From NCBI GenBank assembly GCA_963749655.1, contig CAVVOB010000020.1, forward strand, positions 1-64,000: a DNA stretch of 64,000 bases, read 5' to 3'. The notes under the pieces were generated by a model. The model searched no databases and was not told the origin of the DNA. It saw only the letters and a list, made by a program, of their open reading frames with translations. The DNA comes from Nitrospirota bacterium (GTDB lineage Bacteria > Nitrospirota > UBA9217). Position numbers and translations under genes: made by a program. The first letter of the stretch is position 1. Every line of letters starts with the position of its first letter. Below are positions 28,792-38,477 of this stretch, one piece after another.

Positions 28792-30039
28792 TTAGAATTC
28801 GAACCTGAGCCCGCCCATCCGTTTTTTGAACTCTTCCAGTACGCGCTGCTCGTCGGTTTTGCCTTTGGACTCGAAGGTCGCCGAGAACCGGATGTAGGAC
28901 CCCGCGTCGTCCCAGGGCACCGTACTGATGAGCTTCTCGGTGATAAGGAATTCCGAGAATTCCTCGGCGTTCGCAAAGCGCCTGCCGTCCTTGACGCCCT
29001 TCGGCATCCCGACATAGAGATAGAACGTACCCGCCGGCATCTTCGCGTTGAACCCCATTTCAGCAAGTACGGCGGACATGGCCCTGAGCCTGCGCTCGTA
29101 CTTGGCGGTGATCTCGTCGGTGATCTCGGGGTGGTCCAGGGCATATGCGCCCGCTTTCTGAATGGCCTTGAACTGGCCCGAGTCGTAGTTGTCCTTCACG
29201 TTCCCATACCCTGCGACGACCCGTTCGTTGCCGGCTACGAACGCGAGCCGCCAACCGGTCATGTTGAAGGCCTTGGACAATGAATGGATCTCCACGCCCA
29301 CGTCTTTCGCGCCCGGCACCGAGAGGAACGACAGCGGTTTCGAGCCGTACATGAGGGACGCATAAGCCGCATCATGCACGACGATGACGGCGTTGTCCCT
29401 GGCGAATTTTACCGCTTTCTCGAAAAAAACGCGCGTCGCGCCGGCGCCGGTCGGATTGTTCGGGTAGTTGATGTACAACAGTTTCGCCCGCTTCCTGACT
29501 TCCGCGGGGATGGCGTCAAGGTCGGGGAGGAACCCTTTTTCCTCGCGGAGGGGAAGGGTTACCACGTCCCCCCCGTACCAGCGGGTGTGGGTGCCCATGA
29601 TCGGGTAGCCGGGAACGGTCATGAGCGTGACATCGCCGGGGTTGATGAACGCCGCGGGCATCATTGCCAGGGCGGGCTTGCTGCCGATGCCGTGCAGCAC
29701 CTCGGAGCGCGGGTCGATGCCGCCGACGCCGAACACCCGCTGCAGGTACCGGGCCGCCGCGTCCTTGAATTCATCGATGCCGTTGTCCGCATAGCCGCGG
29801 TTCTCGGGCCGCGCCGCCTCTTTGCGCAGGGACTCCACTACTCCGGGGAACGCCATCTCGTCGGGCTCGCCCACGCCGAAGTCGATAAGCTCAATCCCCG
29901 GATTCGCCGCGAGCGCCGCGCGCTTGGCGCGCTTGATCTTCTCAAATTTGTATATCTTCTGCTCCTTGCCGAACCTGCTTCCGCCGAGGCGTTCGGCGAA
30001 GAGGGATTGGATGTAGGTTTCGTTCTGCTCTGGCGACAC
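28792..30039 (-). CDS. dapL: LL-diaminopimelate aminotransferase
   Basis: Class I/II motifs INYPNNPTG, HDAAY and HSLSKAFNMTGWR; N-terminal FAERLGG..FGK...YKFEKIKRAK; located in the dap cluster. Confidence 0.88.
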   Translation of the reverse strand: MSPEQNETYIQSLFAERLGGSRFGKEQKIYKFEKIKRAKRAALAANPGIELIDFGVGEPDEMAFPGVVESLRKEAARPENRGYADNGIDEFKDAAARYLQRVFGVGGIDPRSEVLHGIGSKPALAMMPAAFINPGDVTLMTVPGYPIMGTHTRWYGGDVVTLPLREEKGFLPDLDAIPAEVRKRAKLLYINYPNNPTGAGATRVFFEKAVKFARDNAVIVVHDAAYASLMYGSKPLSFLSVPGAKDVGVEIHSLSKAFNMTGWRLAFVAGNERVVAGYGNVKDNYDSGQFKAIQKAGAYALDHPEITDEITAKYERRLRAMSAVLAEMGFNAKMPAGTFYLYVGMPKGVKDGRRFANAEEFSEFLITEKLISTVPWDDAGSYIRFSATFESKGKTDEQRVLEEFKKRMGGLRFEF

Positions 30040-30045
30040 GTGCTG

Positions 30046-31557
30046 TTACCTCCCTGCTTCAGATGTTGGTATGGTGTTGTGGACCAGGACCAGGAACTCC
30101 CGGTCCTCATGGAACGTTGTTGTGTTTTTTCTGAGCGATGCCAGGGCGAGTTCATAGTCCTCCTTGGTCCACGGCCAGGGGACCCTGTTCGCGAATAATA
30201 CAAAAAAAGAAGTTCCCGGCACCTGAAGGTAATCCCGGCCCGGGGAAAACATGCCCGCATAGTCATATTCGATGAAATGCGGCTGTAATTCGCTGGCGGC
30301 TATGACCCGGCTTCCCACCGGGATCTTTGTCTTGATGTCGCGTGACAAGGAGTAGTACAAAGGGATGTTTTTTGCGTTTCGGCCCTTGAGCGGCGTCAGG
30401 TACTTGCCGGCATGAAAAAACATGCCCCCTGCGATGACCAGCGCGCTCAGGGTAAAACCGAGGGTGCCGAACATTTCGTGCAGACGTCGTCGCTCCGGAA
30501 GCCTGGACCGCATGCCTTTTAGGTTGTTCATTCCATGGCTTGCGGCGTACACGAGGAACGGCAATACGGTGATGGAATATTGGCATGCGAACATATATTG
30601 ATATTTGTACGTCGTGATCATGTTGTAAAAGAGCGGCGAAAAGCCGGCGAGCAGGCTGACCGGGGACAGAATAGGCAAGAGCGCAAACTGGAGCAGCAGC
30701 TTGAAAAGATAGTAGATTTTTTCAGGAGGCGTTGCCATGCTTGCCAAAACTCTGTCCGGCCTCAGGACCATCGTTTTTATGATCTCTTCAGGCGAGGAAC
30801 CGAGATGGGCATACCGGCTCAGGTGGGTGTAGTGGCCGCCGGCGAAATAAGGCATGGCGTATTTCGCGATGATAAAAAAACCGGCCAGGCCGATGACGGC
30901 CATGATCATGCCCTCCGGCCATTTATCCCTTTTGAAAAGCATGGCCCAGAGGCCGAGCACCCCCAGTGTCAGGGGGACGTCCTCCTTGATCGTGCACATC
31001 AGCAGCGAAATGACGCAGACAGACATGATATGCGTGGCGGAGCGTTCGTGCTCGAGAATCCACAGAAGCATCAGAAAAAGCGGCATGGCCGCCATTTCAA
31101 TATGGAAAGGAAATCTGTTTGCATCCTGGAGATGGTAGCTCAAGGCAAAGAATGCGGCGATGATCAGGGCTTTCAGCTCGCTTCTGACTATATGCTTCGC
31201 CAGCCGATAGGCAAGATAGAGGGAAAGAAAAACGCAGACATTTTGGAACAGGATCGTTACTGCCGCGCTGTCCCAAATGGTGAACAGCAGGCCCGGCAGC
31301 AGCAGCGCGGGCTCGAAGTGGTCGCCAAGAAGGTTCATGTTCATGACGGTGTCGAAGAAAGAGTGCTTCAGAACAATGCTCCTGGCGACGCCTGCTTCAA
31401 TACCGAGATCGAAGGCATTGGTCATGAAAGAATAATGGTGCAACAAAAGCGAAGCGGAGGTAAACAGGAAAAAAGAAAGGAAAAATCCTTTTTTGTGATC
31501 GCGCAGCGTCACCACGGCCGCTATGAGCATTCGTTTCCTAAAGATTGATCGTCTCAT
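30046..31557 (-). CDS. DUF2079-like multi-pass membrane protein (GT-C-like)
   Basis: AFDLGI, LGDHFEP, FPFH, KED and RYAHLG motifs; many TM segments. Start uncertain. Confidence 0.75.
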   Translation of the reverse strand: MRRSIFRKRMLIAAVVTLRDHKKGFFLSFFLFTSASLLLHHYSFMTNAFDLGIEAGVARSIVLKHSFFDTVMNMNLLGDHFEPALLLPGLLFTIWDSAAVTILFQNVCVFLSLYLAYRLAKHIVRSELKALIIAAFFALSYHLQDANRFPFHIEMAAMPLFLMLLWILEHERSATHIMSVCVISLLMCTIKEDVPLTLGVLGLWAMLFKRDKWPEGMIMAVIGLAGFFIIAKYAMPYFAGGHYTHLSRYAHLGSSPEEIIKTMVLRPDRVLASMATPPEKIYYLFKLLLQFALLPILSPVSLLAGFSPLFYNMITTYKYQYMFACQYSITVLPFLVYAASHGMNNLKGMRSRLPERRRLHEMFGTLGFTLSALVIAGGMFFHAGKYLTPLKGRNAKNIPLYYSLSRDIKTKIPVGSRVIAASELQPHFIEYDYAGMFSPGRDYLQVPGTSFFVLFANRVPWPWTKEDYELALASLRKNTTTFHEDREFLVLVHNTIPTSEAGR

Positions 31558-32488
31558 CGATGATGTACTCCGGCCTGTTCTTCACTTCGTCGAAAATGCT
31601 GCCGATATATTCTCCCATGACCCCGATGGTCAGCAGCTGAACCCCCCCGAAGAAAATGATACTGATGAGAGTGGAGGCCCATCCGGGGGCGGCCTGGATT
31701 TCCCGGAAATATTTCGATACAACGACATACACGGTCAACAGCAGGCCGACCAGTATGCTGAGAAAACCGGTCATGGTTGCAAGCCGCAGCGGCTTTTTCG
31801 TGAAGTAGAGCAGGCCCTGCGCGGCGAAATTCATCATTTTGGAGAGTGAATACTTGGTTTCTCCGGCATAGCGGGGGTCACGGTCATACAGTATCGGGAC
31901 CTGCTTGAATCCGATCCAGCTGATCAACCCGCGCACGTATTTATTCCGCTCCCTCAGTTTTTTGAATTCGGTGATAACTTTCTTGTCGATCAGCCGGAAA
32001 TCGCCGGTGTCGAGGGGCAAGGGGGTGTCGGAAAGACTGTTGATCGTTCGGTAAAAAAAGCGTGCAGAAAATATTTTAAACAGCCCCTCGCCTTTGCGTT
32101 CTCTGCGCACCGCATACACGACATTTGCCCCGAGCGACTCGGCGGTTCGCAGCATGTCGGGAATGAGTTCGGGAGGGTCCTGCAGATCGGCATCAATAAT
32201 GACCGCACGGTCGCCGGATGCATGCTGGATGCCCGCGGAAACTGCGGCTTGATGGCCGAAATTGCGGGAAAAACGGACCATCTTTACCGATGCATTCTGC
32301 GCAGCCAGCATCTTCAGGATCTGGGGTGTTCGGTCCCTGCTCCCGTCGTCGATCATGACCATTTCATAGTTGTCGATCCCTTCGCTGCGAAGAACACCGG
32401 TCATGCGGGTGTAAAATTCCTCCAGCACTGCTTCCTCGTTGTAGCAGGGAGCAATGATCGATAGTTTTTTTTCCGGCAGATCCTGCAT
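31538..32488 (-). CDS. GT2 glycosyltransferase, GtrB/DPM-like undecaprenyl-phosphate glycosyltransferase
   Basis: PCYNEE, DDGSRD, FSRNFGHQAA, DADLQDPP, GDFRL, two C-terminal TMs and GEYIG.I..EVK.RP.YI. Confidence 0.93.
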   Translation of the reverse strand: MQDLPEKKLSIIAPCYNEEAVLEEFYTRMTGVLRSEGIDNYEMVMIDDGSRDRTPQILKMLAAQNASVKMVRFSRNFGHQAAVSAGIQHASGDRAVIIDADLQDPPELIPDMLRTAESLGANVVYAVRRERKGEGLFKIFSARFFYRTINSLSDTPLPLDTGDFRLIDKKVITEFKKLRERNKYVRGLISWIGFKQVPILYDRDPRYAGETKYSLSKMMNFAAQGLLYFTKKPLRLATMTGFLSILVGLLLTVYVVVSKYFREIQAAPGWASTLISIIFFGGVQLLTIGVMGEYIGSIFDEVKNRPEYIIDETINL

Positions 32489-32630
32489 AATAGCGCCTTC
32501 CGAATAGTCGTCGGCCCCGGAACGGGGTCGAAAAAATACACCGGTCTTATATCCTTTTTTGCATCACCCGGACCGATCATGCGAAAGCGGCGGGCCATCT
32601 CACTGCAGTCGGCCAGGATTGACGCCTGAC

Positions 32631-33386
32631 TCATCGGACGACGGGATTGATCAGGCTCCCGATCCCCTCGATCCTCACTTCGATGCGGTCTCCGGGCTTC
32701 AGTGTTCCGATTCCCGAAGGGGTTCCCGTGATGATGAGATCCCCGGGCTCCAGCGTCATGACATGGGAGATGAAACTGACGATCTGGTCGATCCCGAAGA
32801 TGAACCGGGATGTTCGGGACGATTGCCGCCGTTCTCCGTTCAGATACGATTCTATGAGGACGTCGGCAGGGTCGAGGTCGGTCTCGATCCAGGGCCCCAC
32901 GGGACAGAACGTGTCGAAGGACTTGGCGCGGGTCCACTGCATGTCCTTATTCTGGAGATCGCGGGCCGTGACATCGTTCGCACAGGTATAGCCGAGGATA
33001 TGGTCCTTTGCTTCATCGGGCCGGATTCTTCGGGTGCGGTCCCTGACGACGACGCCGAGCTCCGCCTCATAGTCGACCTGCGTACTCATCGGCGGACATT
33101 CGATCGCATCGGCGGGCCCGATCACGGTCGTGGGCGGCTTCAAAAAAATGACGGGTTCGTCCGGTACCGGGAGCCCCAGCTCCTCTGCGTGGTCGCGGTA
33201 GTTGAGACCCACGGCGATCACTTTTGACGGCATGCAGGGTGCGAGCAGTCTGACCTCGGAGAGGGGATGGATGCGTGCGGGAGATCCGCCTGCAGCGTCA
33301 AACGTTCCCGGCAGCTCGGAGACCTCCCCGCCCCGGAGCACTCCGTAGCCCGTTCTTTCTCCGGCCTGGAAGCGCACGAGTTTCAT
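32631..33386 (-). CDS. Fumarylacetoacetate hydrolase family protein
   Basis: GLNYRDH, FLKP, DYEAEL, NDVTARD, AKSFDTF.P.GP and TGTP.G. Confidence 0.95.
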   Translation of the reverse strand: MKLVRFQAGERTGYGVLRGGEVSELPGTFDAAGGSPARIHPLSEVRLLAPCMPSKVIAVGLNYRDHAEELGLPVPDEPVIFLKPPTTVIGPADAIECPPMSTQVDYEAELGVVVRDRTRRIRPDEAKDHILGYTCANDVTARDLQNKDMQWTRAKSFDTFCPVGPWIETDLDPADVLIESYLNGERRQSSRTSRFIFGIDQIVSFISHVMTLEPGDLIITGTPSGIGTLKPGDRIEVRIEGIGSLINPVVR

Positions 33387-33404
33387 TGGTCGCCCCTGCG
33401 GCTA

Positions 33405-34163
33405 TTATTTCTTATCGATCCATTCGATCAGCTTGTCCTCGGGCATGGAGCCTGAATGGACCTCGCCGTCGTTGCGCACCATTGCGGGCGTGCCGTTCAA
33501 ATTCAGGGATTGGGCCAGTGCCTTGTTCTTTTCGATCTGGTCCGGCGGGCAGGTCGGTTCGGGCACCACCTTGCCGGAGAAGGCGTCATCGAGCATTTCC
33601 AGAGACGACGAGCACTGTACGGACTGTGCCTTCTTGAAGGCATCCTTGTGCATCGGCAGCGGGTTCAGAATGATCGCAAAAGCAATGTCTTTCCGTTTCT
33701 CGATGACCTGCTTCATGATCTTATGCAGCTCCCGGCAATAGGGACAATCGGGGTCGCTGAAAACGACGACGACATTCGGGGCAGTCTTGGAACCCAGGTA
33801 GACCGCGTGTTCGCGGGGGATTTTCGAGAAGTCCACTTTCTTGGGCGGCTGCTGCCTGTCGAGGGCCTCGACAGGGATGAGCTGGGCAATAAGGAATTTT
33901 TTGGAAAAGTCGATATACAGCGCACCCCGTTTTCCGTCCGCTGTTTCCACGTCGATCTGCCAGACACCCTTGATCGGCGACATTTTGACATCGGTGACCG
34001 TCCCGTTTGCAACGGCTTTTTTCACGATTGTTTCGGCGTCCTTCTTTTCCAGCTTGTGGCACTCGATGCAGTCCTTGTCGCCTTTCTTGGGCGGGAACGC
34101 GTGCGAGGTGAACGGCAGAACAACGACGAGGCATCCCAAAAGCAGCAGATAGATTGTTTTCAC
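33405..34163 (-). CDS. dsbC: DsbC-like thiol:disulfide isomerase with N-terminal CxxCH motif
   Basis: Signal peptide, SPIKGVWQI dimerisation segment, FSDPDCPYC and GTP cis-Pro loop; CIECH follows the signal peptide. GTG start after AAGGAG. Confidence 0.85.
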   Translation of the reverse strand: MKTIYLLLLGCLVVVLPFTSHAFPPKKGDKDCIECHKLEKKDAETIVKKAVANGTVTDVKMSPIKGVWQIDVETADGKRGALYIDFSKKFLIAQLIPVEALDRQQPPKKVDFSKIPREHAVYLGSKTAPNVVVVFSDPDCPYCRELHKIMKQVIEKRKDIAFAIILNPLPMHKDAFKKAQSVQCSSSLEMLDDAFSGKVVPEPTCPPDQIEKNKALAQSLNLNGTPAMVRNDGEVHSGSMPEDKLIEWIDKK

Positions 34164-34278
34164 GACGGTCTCCTTCACAATACGTTTTTCTGTAGTTTTC
34201 ATGATACTCGATGCGCAGTAACAACGGAACATCTGCGGTTGACGATGGATGCGGTCAAAGGGTCATACATTGCCGGCG

Positions 34279-35082
34279 CTAGCGCAAGCCCAGGACGTCC
34301 TGCATATCGTAGAGGCCCGGCTTTTTGTCCATGACCCATTTTGCGGCCCGAATAGCGCCGCGCACGAACATATCGCGGGTGTGAGCGCGGTGGGTGAGCT
34401 CGATCCGCTCGCCCATGCCTATGAAGTATACCGTATGTTCCCCCACGATGTCGCCGCCCCGGACCGTCTGCATGCCGATTTCCTCATCCGTCCTGGCCCC
34501 GGTCATGCCTTCGCGATGATACTTGGCGGCCTTCTGGTAGTCCCGGCCGAGCGCCTTTGCAACAACCTCTCCCATGCGCACGGCGGTGCCGGACGGTGCG
34601 TCCTTCTTCAGCCGGTGGTGCCACTCCACGATCTCGGCGTCGAACTCGGGCCCGAGGAGCTTCGCGAGGTCCGCCAGCACCTTGAAGCAGACGTTCACAC
34701 CCACGCTCATGTTCGGCGACAGCACGCAGGGGGCTTTCGTGACGAGGGTCGCGACCTCGGCCAGCTGTTCCTTCGAAAATCCCGTGGACCCGATGACCAT
34801 CGGCTTGCCGAGACCGGCGCAGGCCTTGATATGCGCCATACTGGTTTCCGGAAAGGTGAAGTCGATCAGCACGTCGCCGGCGGCGAGTGCCGCGCCGGGA
34901 TCATCGACGATCTTGACGCCGGTGGCGCCGATACCGGCCGCCTGGCCCGCGTCCTGGCCGATCGCCGCGTGCCCCTTCTTTTCCAGCGCGCCGCCGAGGC
35001 TGAATCCCTCGGTGGTCGAAAGGATATTGATGATGCGCGAACCCATCCGGCCGGCCGCGCCTGTTACGACAGCTTTGATCAT
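34279..35082 (-). CDS. dapB: 4-hydroxy-tetrahydrodipicolinate reductase
   Basis: GAAGRMG, IDFT, GSTG, PNMSVG and HHRLKKDAPSGTA. Confidence 0.97.
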   Translation of the reverse strand: MIKAVVTGAAGRMGSRIINILSTTEGFSLGGALEKKGHAAIGQDAGQAAGIGATGVKIVDDPGAALAAGDVLIDFTFPETSMAHIKACAGLGKPMVIGSTGFSKEQLAEVATLVTKAPCVLSPNMSVGVNVCFKVLADLAKLLGPEFDAEIVEWHHRLKKDAPSGTAVRMGEVVAKALGRDYQKAAKYHREGMTGARTDEEIGMQTVRGGDIVGEHTVYFIGMGERIELTHRAHTRDMFVRGAIRAAKWVMDKKPGLYDMQDVLGLR

Positions 35083-35160
35083 GAAGAACCTCCTTCAGCG
35101 TGCACGCCGGCCGGCTTGCAGGCTGCAAGCCTCTTCACCGCCGTTCCGTGCGGTGAGCGA

Positions 35161-36033
35161 TTAGACCAGCCCGTAGTCCTTCAGCGCTTTTTTCAGCTTG
35201 TCCTTGTTCGCATCTGCCATGGGGCAGAGCGGCAGACGGAACTCCTCGTTGATCCTTCCCATGAGCGCAAGGGCGGTCTTCACCGGGATGGGGTTGGTCT
35301 CTACGAACATGAGGCTGTGGAGCGGCTCCATCTTGAAGTGCAGCCTGACCGCTTCTTCCCTTTTTCCTGCGAAGAAGGCGTCGAACATGGCGGCAGCATC
35401 GCCCGGGATGATGTTGGCGGTGACCGAGATCGCCCCTACGCCGCCGATCGCCAGCATCGGAAGGGTGGTGAAATCGTCGCCGGAAATGACGTCAAAATTC
35501 CTGCCGCACAGCCTGATGACCTCGCTGATCTGCTTCAGGTCGCCCGTCGCTTCCTTGATGCCGACGATGTTCTTCTTTTCGCGGAGGCGCGCCACTGTCG
35601 GAGGAAGCATGTTCACGCTCGTCCGGCCCGGCACATTGTAGAGGATAATCGGGACGTCCGTGGAGTCCGCGATCGTCGCGAAATGCCGGTAGAGCCCCTC
35701 CTGCGTGGGCTTGTTGTAATAGGGTGTGATGAGCAGGACCCCGTCGGCGCCCGCTTTTTTCGCGTACTGCGTGAGCTCCAGCGTTTCGGAGGTCGAGTTC
35801 GAACCGGCGCCCGCGACGACGGGCACGCGTTTGTTCACGGTCTTGACGGTGAACTCGATAACGCGGTGGTGCTCCTCGTGCGAAAGCGTAGCCGATTCGC
35901 CGGTCGTGCCGCAGGGCACGATCACGTCCGTGCCGTTCTTGATGTGAAATTCGATCAGATCGCCCAGCGCCTTCTCGTCCACCGCGCCGTTCTTGAACGG
36001 CGTAACGATCGCTACCATTGAACCTTTGAACAT
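35161..36033 (-). CDS. dapA: 4-hydroxy-tetrahydrodipicolinate synthase
   Basis: GTTGES, PYYNKP, YNVPGRT, GIKEA and ETNPIPVK. Confidence 0.98.
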   Translation of the reverse strand: MFKGSMVAIVTPFKNGAVDEKALGDLIEFHIKNGTDVIVPCGTTGESATLSHEEHHRVIEFTVKTVNKRVPVVAGAGSNSTSETLELTQYAKKAGADGVLLITPYYNKPTQEGLYRHFATIADSTDVPIILYNVPGRTSVNMLPPTVARLREKKNIVGIKEATGDLKQISEVIRLCGRNFDVISGDDFTTLPMLAIGGVGAISVTANIIPGDAAAMFDAFFAGKREEAVRLHFKMEPLHSLMFVETNPIPVKTALALMGRINEEFRLPLCPMADANKDKLKKALKDYGLV

Positions 36034-36057
36034 TGCAGCCTCCTGTAAGGAAAAACT

Positions 36058-36194
36058 GTTTCCGGTTTGTGGTCTCTGGTTTCGAGTTCTACCGTCAAAC
36101 TTCCATCAGCCTTGGCCTTGCCGTCATACGATCCTTCCACCCCGGCTTCAGCCGCGCTCTGCAACTATAAACTGTAAACCAGAAACGAGAAACT
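36058..36194. repeat. Inverted heptamer tandem arrays (dapF-dapA spacer)
   Basis: GTTTCCG-GTTTGTG-GTCTCTG-GTTTCGA-GTT ... AACTATA-AACTGTA-AACCAGA-AACGAGA-AACT. Confidence 0.8.
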
Positions 36195-37005
36195 ATACGT
36201 ACAACAACCCTTCGCAGATCACCTGCGCCCCGCCCTCGAGATGGATCGAGCCGAAGCCGTCCCCGGACCGTTCGAAGGTGACGATGAGTTTTTCGCCGCT
36301 CCAGGTGAGGACCTCAACCGGGGGCACGACAGCGCCGAGCGCTCCTGCAACCAGCGCAGCCGCTACGGACCCCGTACCGCAGGCCAGGGTCTCGCCTTCC
36401 ACGCCCCGCTCGTAGGTCCTGATGCGGATCCGGTGCTTGTTCTGGATCTGGATGAAATTTACGTTCGTCCCCGCAGGTTTGAAAAGGCCGTGGTACCGCG
36501 ACGTCCGTCCGATCCGTTCGACGTCCTCGCCGTCCAGGTCCTTGGACAGATACACCAGATGGGGCACCCCGGTGTTGATGTAATGACCCATGCGCAGGCC
36601 GCTGTCGAGCGGAACGGCAATGTTCATGCGCAGCCCGGTCGCATCGGTGAGCTGTACGTTCACCCGGTCCTTCTTCACGACCGAATGGATGACCCCGGCC
36701 AGGGTCTCGAACCGGAGGTCTTTTTTCGCAATTTTCTTGAGAGTGGCGTAACGGGCCGCGCAGCGCGAGCCGTTGCCGCACATTTCGGCCTCGCTCCCGT
36801 CGGCGTTGAAGAAGCGCCACTTGAAGTCAGCCTTGCGCGAAGGCACGATTACGATCAGGCCGTCGGCGCCCACGGAGTAACGCCGATGGCACACGGTCAC
36901 GGCAAGGTCCTTCAGGTTTCTGCCCTTGAGGATGCCCCTCCGGTCGTCAATGAGGATGAAATCATTGCCGCTGCCCTGCATTTTATAAAAAGGGATTTTT
37001 TTCAT
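36193..37005 (-). CDS. dapF: Diaminopimelate epimerase
   Basis: KMQGSGNDF, NADGSEAEMCGNG, TGVPH and ERGVEGETLACGTG. Confidence 0.97.
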   Translation of the reverse strand: MKKIPFYKMQGSGNDFILIDDRRGILKGRNLKDLAVTVCHRRYSVGADGLIVIVPSRKADFKWRFFNADGSEAEMCGNGSRCAARYATLKKIAKKDLRFETLAGVIHSVVKKDRVNVQLTDATGLRMNIAVPLDSGLRMGHYINTGVPHLVYLSKDLDGEDVERIGRTSRYHGLFKPAGTNVNFIQIQNKHRIRIRTYERGVEGETLACGTGSVAAALVAGALGAVVPPVEVLTWSGEKLIVTFERSGDGFGSIHLEGGAQVICEGLLYV

Positions 37006-37010
37006 AACAG

Positions 37011-37120
37011 TGCGGCGCAGAGCATAGGGCATGGCGCATGGGGTACATCATTCCAGCCCTCATACAAATTCAGCATTTCCTTTTGCTCCGCTCTTTGCCC
37101 TCCGCTCTCTGCCCTCTGCG
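37011..37120. repeat. Inverted heptamer tandem arrays (lysA-dapF spacer)
   Basis: AGAGCAT-AGGGCAT-GGCGCAT ... CTCCGCT-CTTTGCC-CTCCGCT-CTCTGCC-CTCTGCG. Confidence 0.8.
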
Positions 37121-37121
37121 A

Positions 37122-38384
37122 TTATCCTTCCATCCACCGCGGGATCTTTTCACCTTTGATGAGGTCGTTGTAGGTCTCCCGCTCCCGGACGATGTAGTAC
37201 TCGCTCCCCCGCACCATCACTTCCGCCGGCCGGGGTCGGGAATTGTAATTCGAAGACATGGAAAAGCCGTATGCGCCGGCGCTCATCACGGCCAGGAGCT
37301 CTCCCTGCCGGACCGGGGGAATGGCACGGTCCTTGGCGAGAAAATCTCCTGATTCGCAGATCGGCCCCACGATGTCGAGGGTCTCCGTTTCCGCAGATGT
37401 CGGCTCGATTACCGGTTTGATGTCGTGGTATGCATCGTACAGGCTGGGGCGTATCAGGTCGTTCATGCCCGCATCGACGATGAGGAACTTTTTTTCGCCG
37501 CTGTCCTTTCGGTACACCGCGCGGGTGACGAGGATCCCCGCGTTCCCGACGATCGCCCTGCCCGGTTCGAGCACCAGCGTGCAGCCGCACTGCGCCAGGA
37601 GCGGCCGGACAGCCGCGGCCAGTTCCCGGGGGTGTGGGGGCGTTTCGTCCTTGTAGGTGATGCCCAGCCCGCCGCCGATGTCAATATACCGAATGTCTAT
37701 TCCCGCTGACCGGAGCTCCTTGACGAACTGGGACACTTTTTCAAGGGCGTCGACAAAGGGTTGGACTTCGGTGATCTGTGATCCGATGTGGTGATGAACG
37801 CCGATGACCTCGATATTCGGCAGCGAATTCGCAGTCCGATAGTATTCAAGGGCCTGTTCGATGGGGATGCCGAACTTGTTCTCCTTGAGGCCCGTGGATA
37901 TGTAGGCATGGGTCTTGGGATCAATGTTGGGGTTCACGCGCAGGGCAATCCTTGCCGTCGTGCGCATTTCGCCGGCTGCCCGGTTCAGGGCCTCGAGCTC
38001 GTCACCGGACTCGCAGTTGAACATGAGGATGCCCACTTTGAGCGCATATTCAATCTCTTCACGCCGTTTGCCGACGCCGGCGTAGACGATTTTTCCGGGG
38101 TCGATACCGGCGCGGAGCGCCCGGAACAGTTCTCCGCCGGACACGATGTCCGCTCCGGCGCCCTCCCTCCCCAGCAGGCGGAGCACGGCGCCGTTCGAGT
38201 TTGACTTGAGCGCGAAGCAGATCAGGCGGGGCACTTTATCAAAGGCTTTGTCAAAGGCCCGGACATGGTTGGCGAGTGTGTTGCTGCTGTAGAGATAGAA
38301 GGGGGTGCCGACTCGCTGGGCGACAGCCTTGACGGCCACGCTCTCGCAGTAGAGCTCGCCATTCTTGTACTGGAAATCATGCAT
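37122..38384 (-). CDS. lysA: Diaminopimelate decarboxylase
   Basis: FALKSN, SGGE, KFGI, HIGSQI, EPGR, GPICESGD and AGAYG..MSSNYN. Confidence 0.97.
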   Translation of the reverse strand: MHDFQYKNGELYCESVAVKAVAQRVGTPFYLYSSNTLANHVRAFDKAFDKVPRLICFALKSNSNGAVLRLLGREGAGADIVSGGELFRALRAGIDPGKIVYAGVGKRREEIEYALKVGILMFNCESGDELEALNRAAGEMRTTARIALRVNPNIDPKTHAYISTGLKENKFGIPIEQALEYYRTANSLPNIEVIGVHHHIGSQITEVQPFVDALEKVSQFVKELRSAGIDIRYIDIGGGLGITYKDETPPHPRELAAAVRPLLAQCGCTLVLEPGRAIVGNAGILVTRAVYRKDSGEKKFLIVDAGMNDLIRPSLYDAYHDIKPVIEPTSAETETLDIVGPICESGDFLAKDRAIPPVRQGELLAVMSAGAYGFSMSSNYNSRPRPAEVMVRGSEYYIVRERETYNDLIKGEKIPRWMEG

Positions 38385-38477
38385 AAGGTATCCCGTAAAA
38401 TTCAGATCACGGGATGACAAGATCGCAACCGGCAGAAGCAGCTTCCCGCGCAGCCTGCCGGCTCTCGCCTGGTCATC

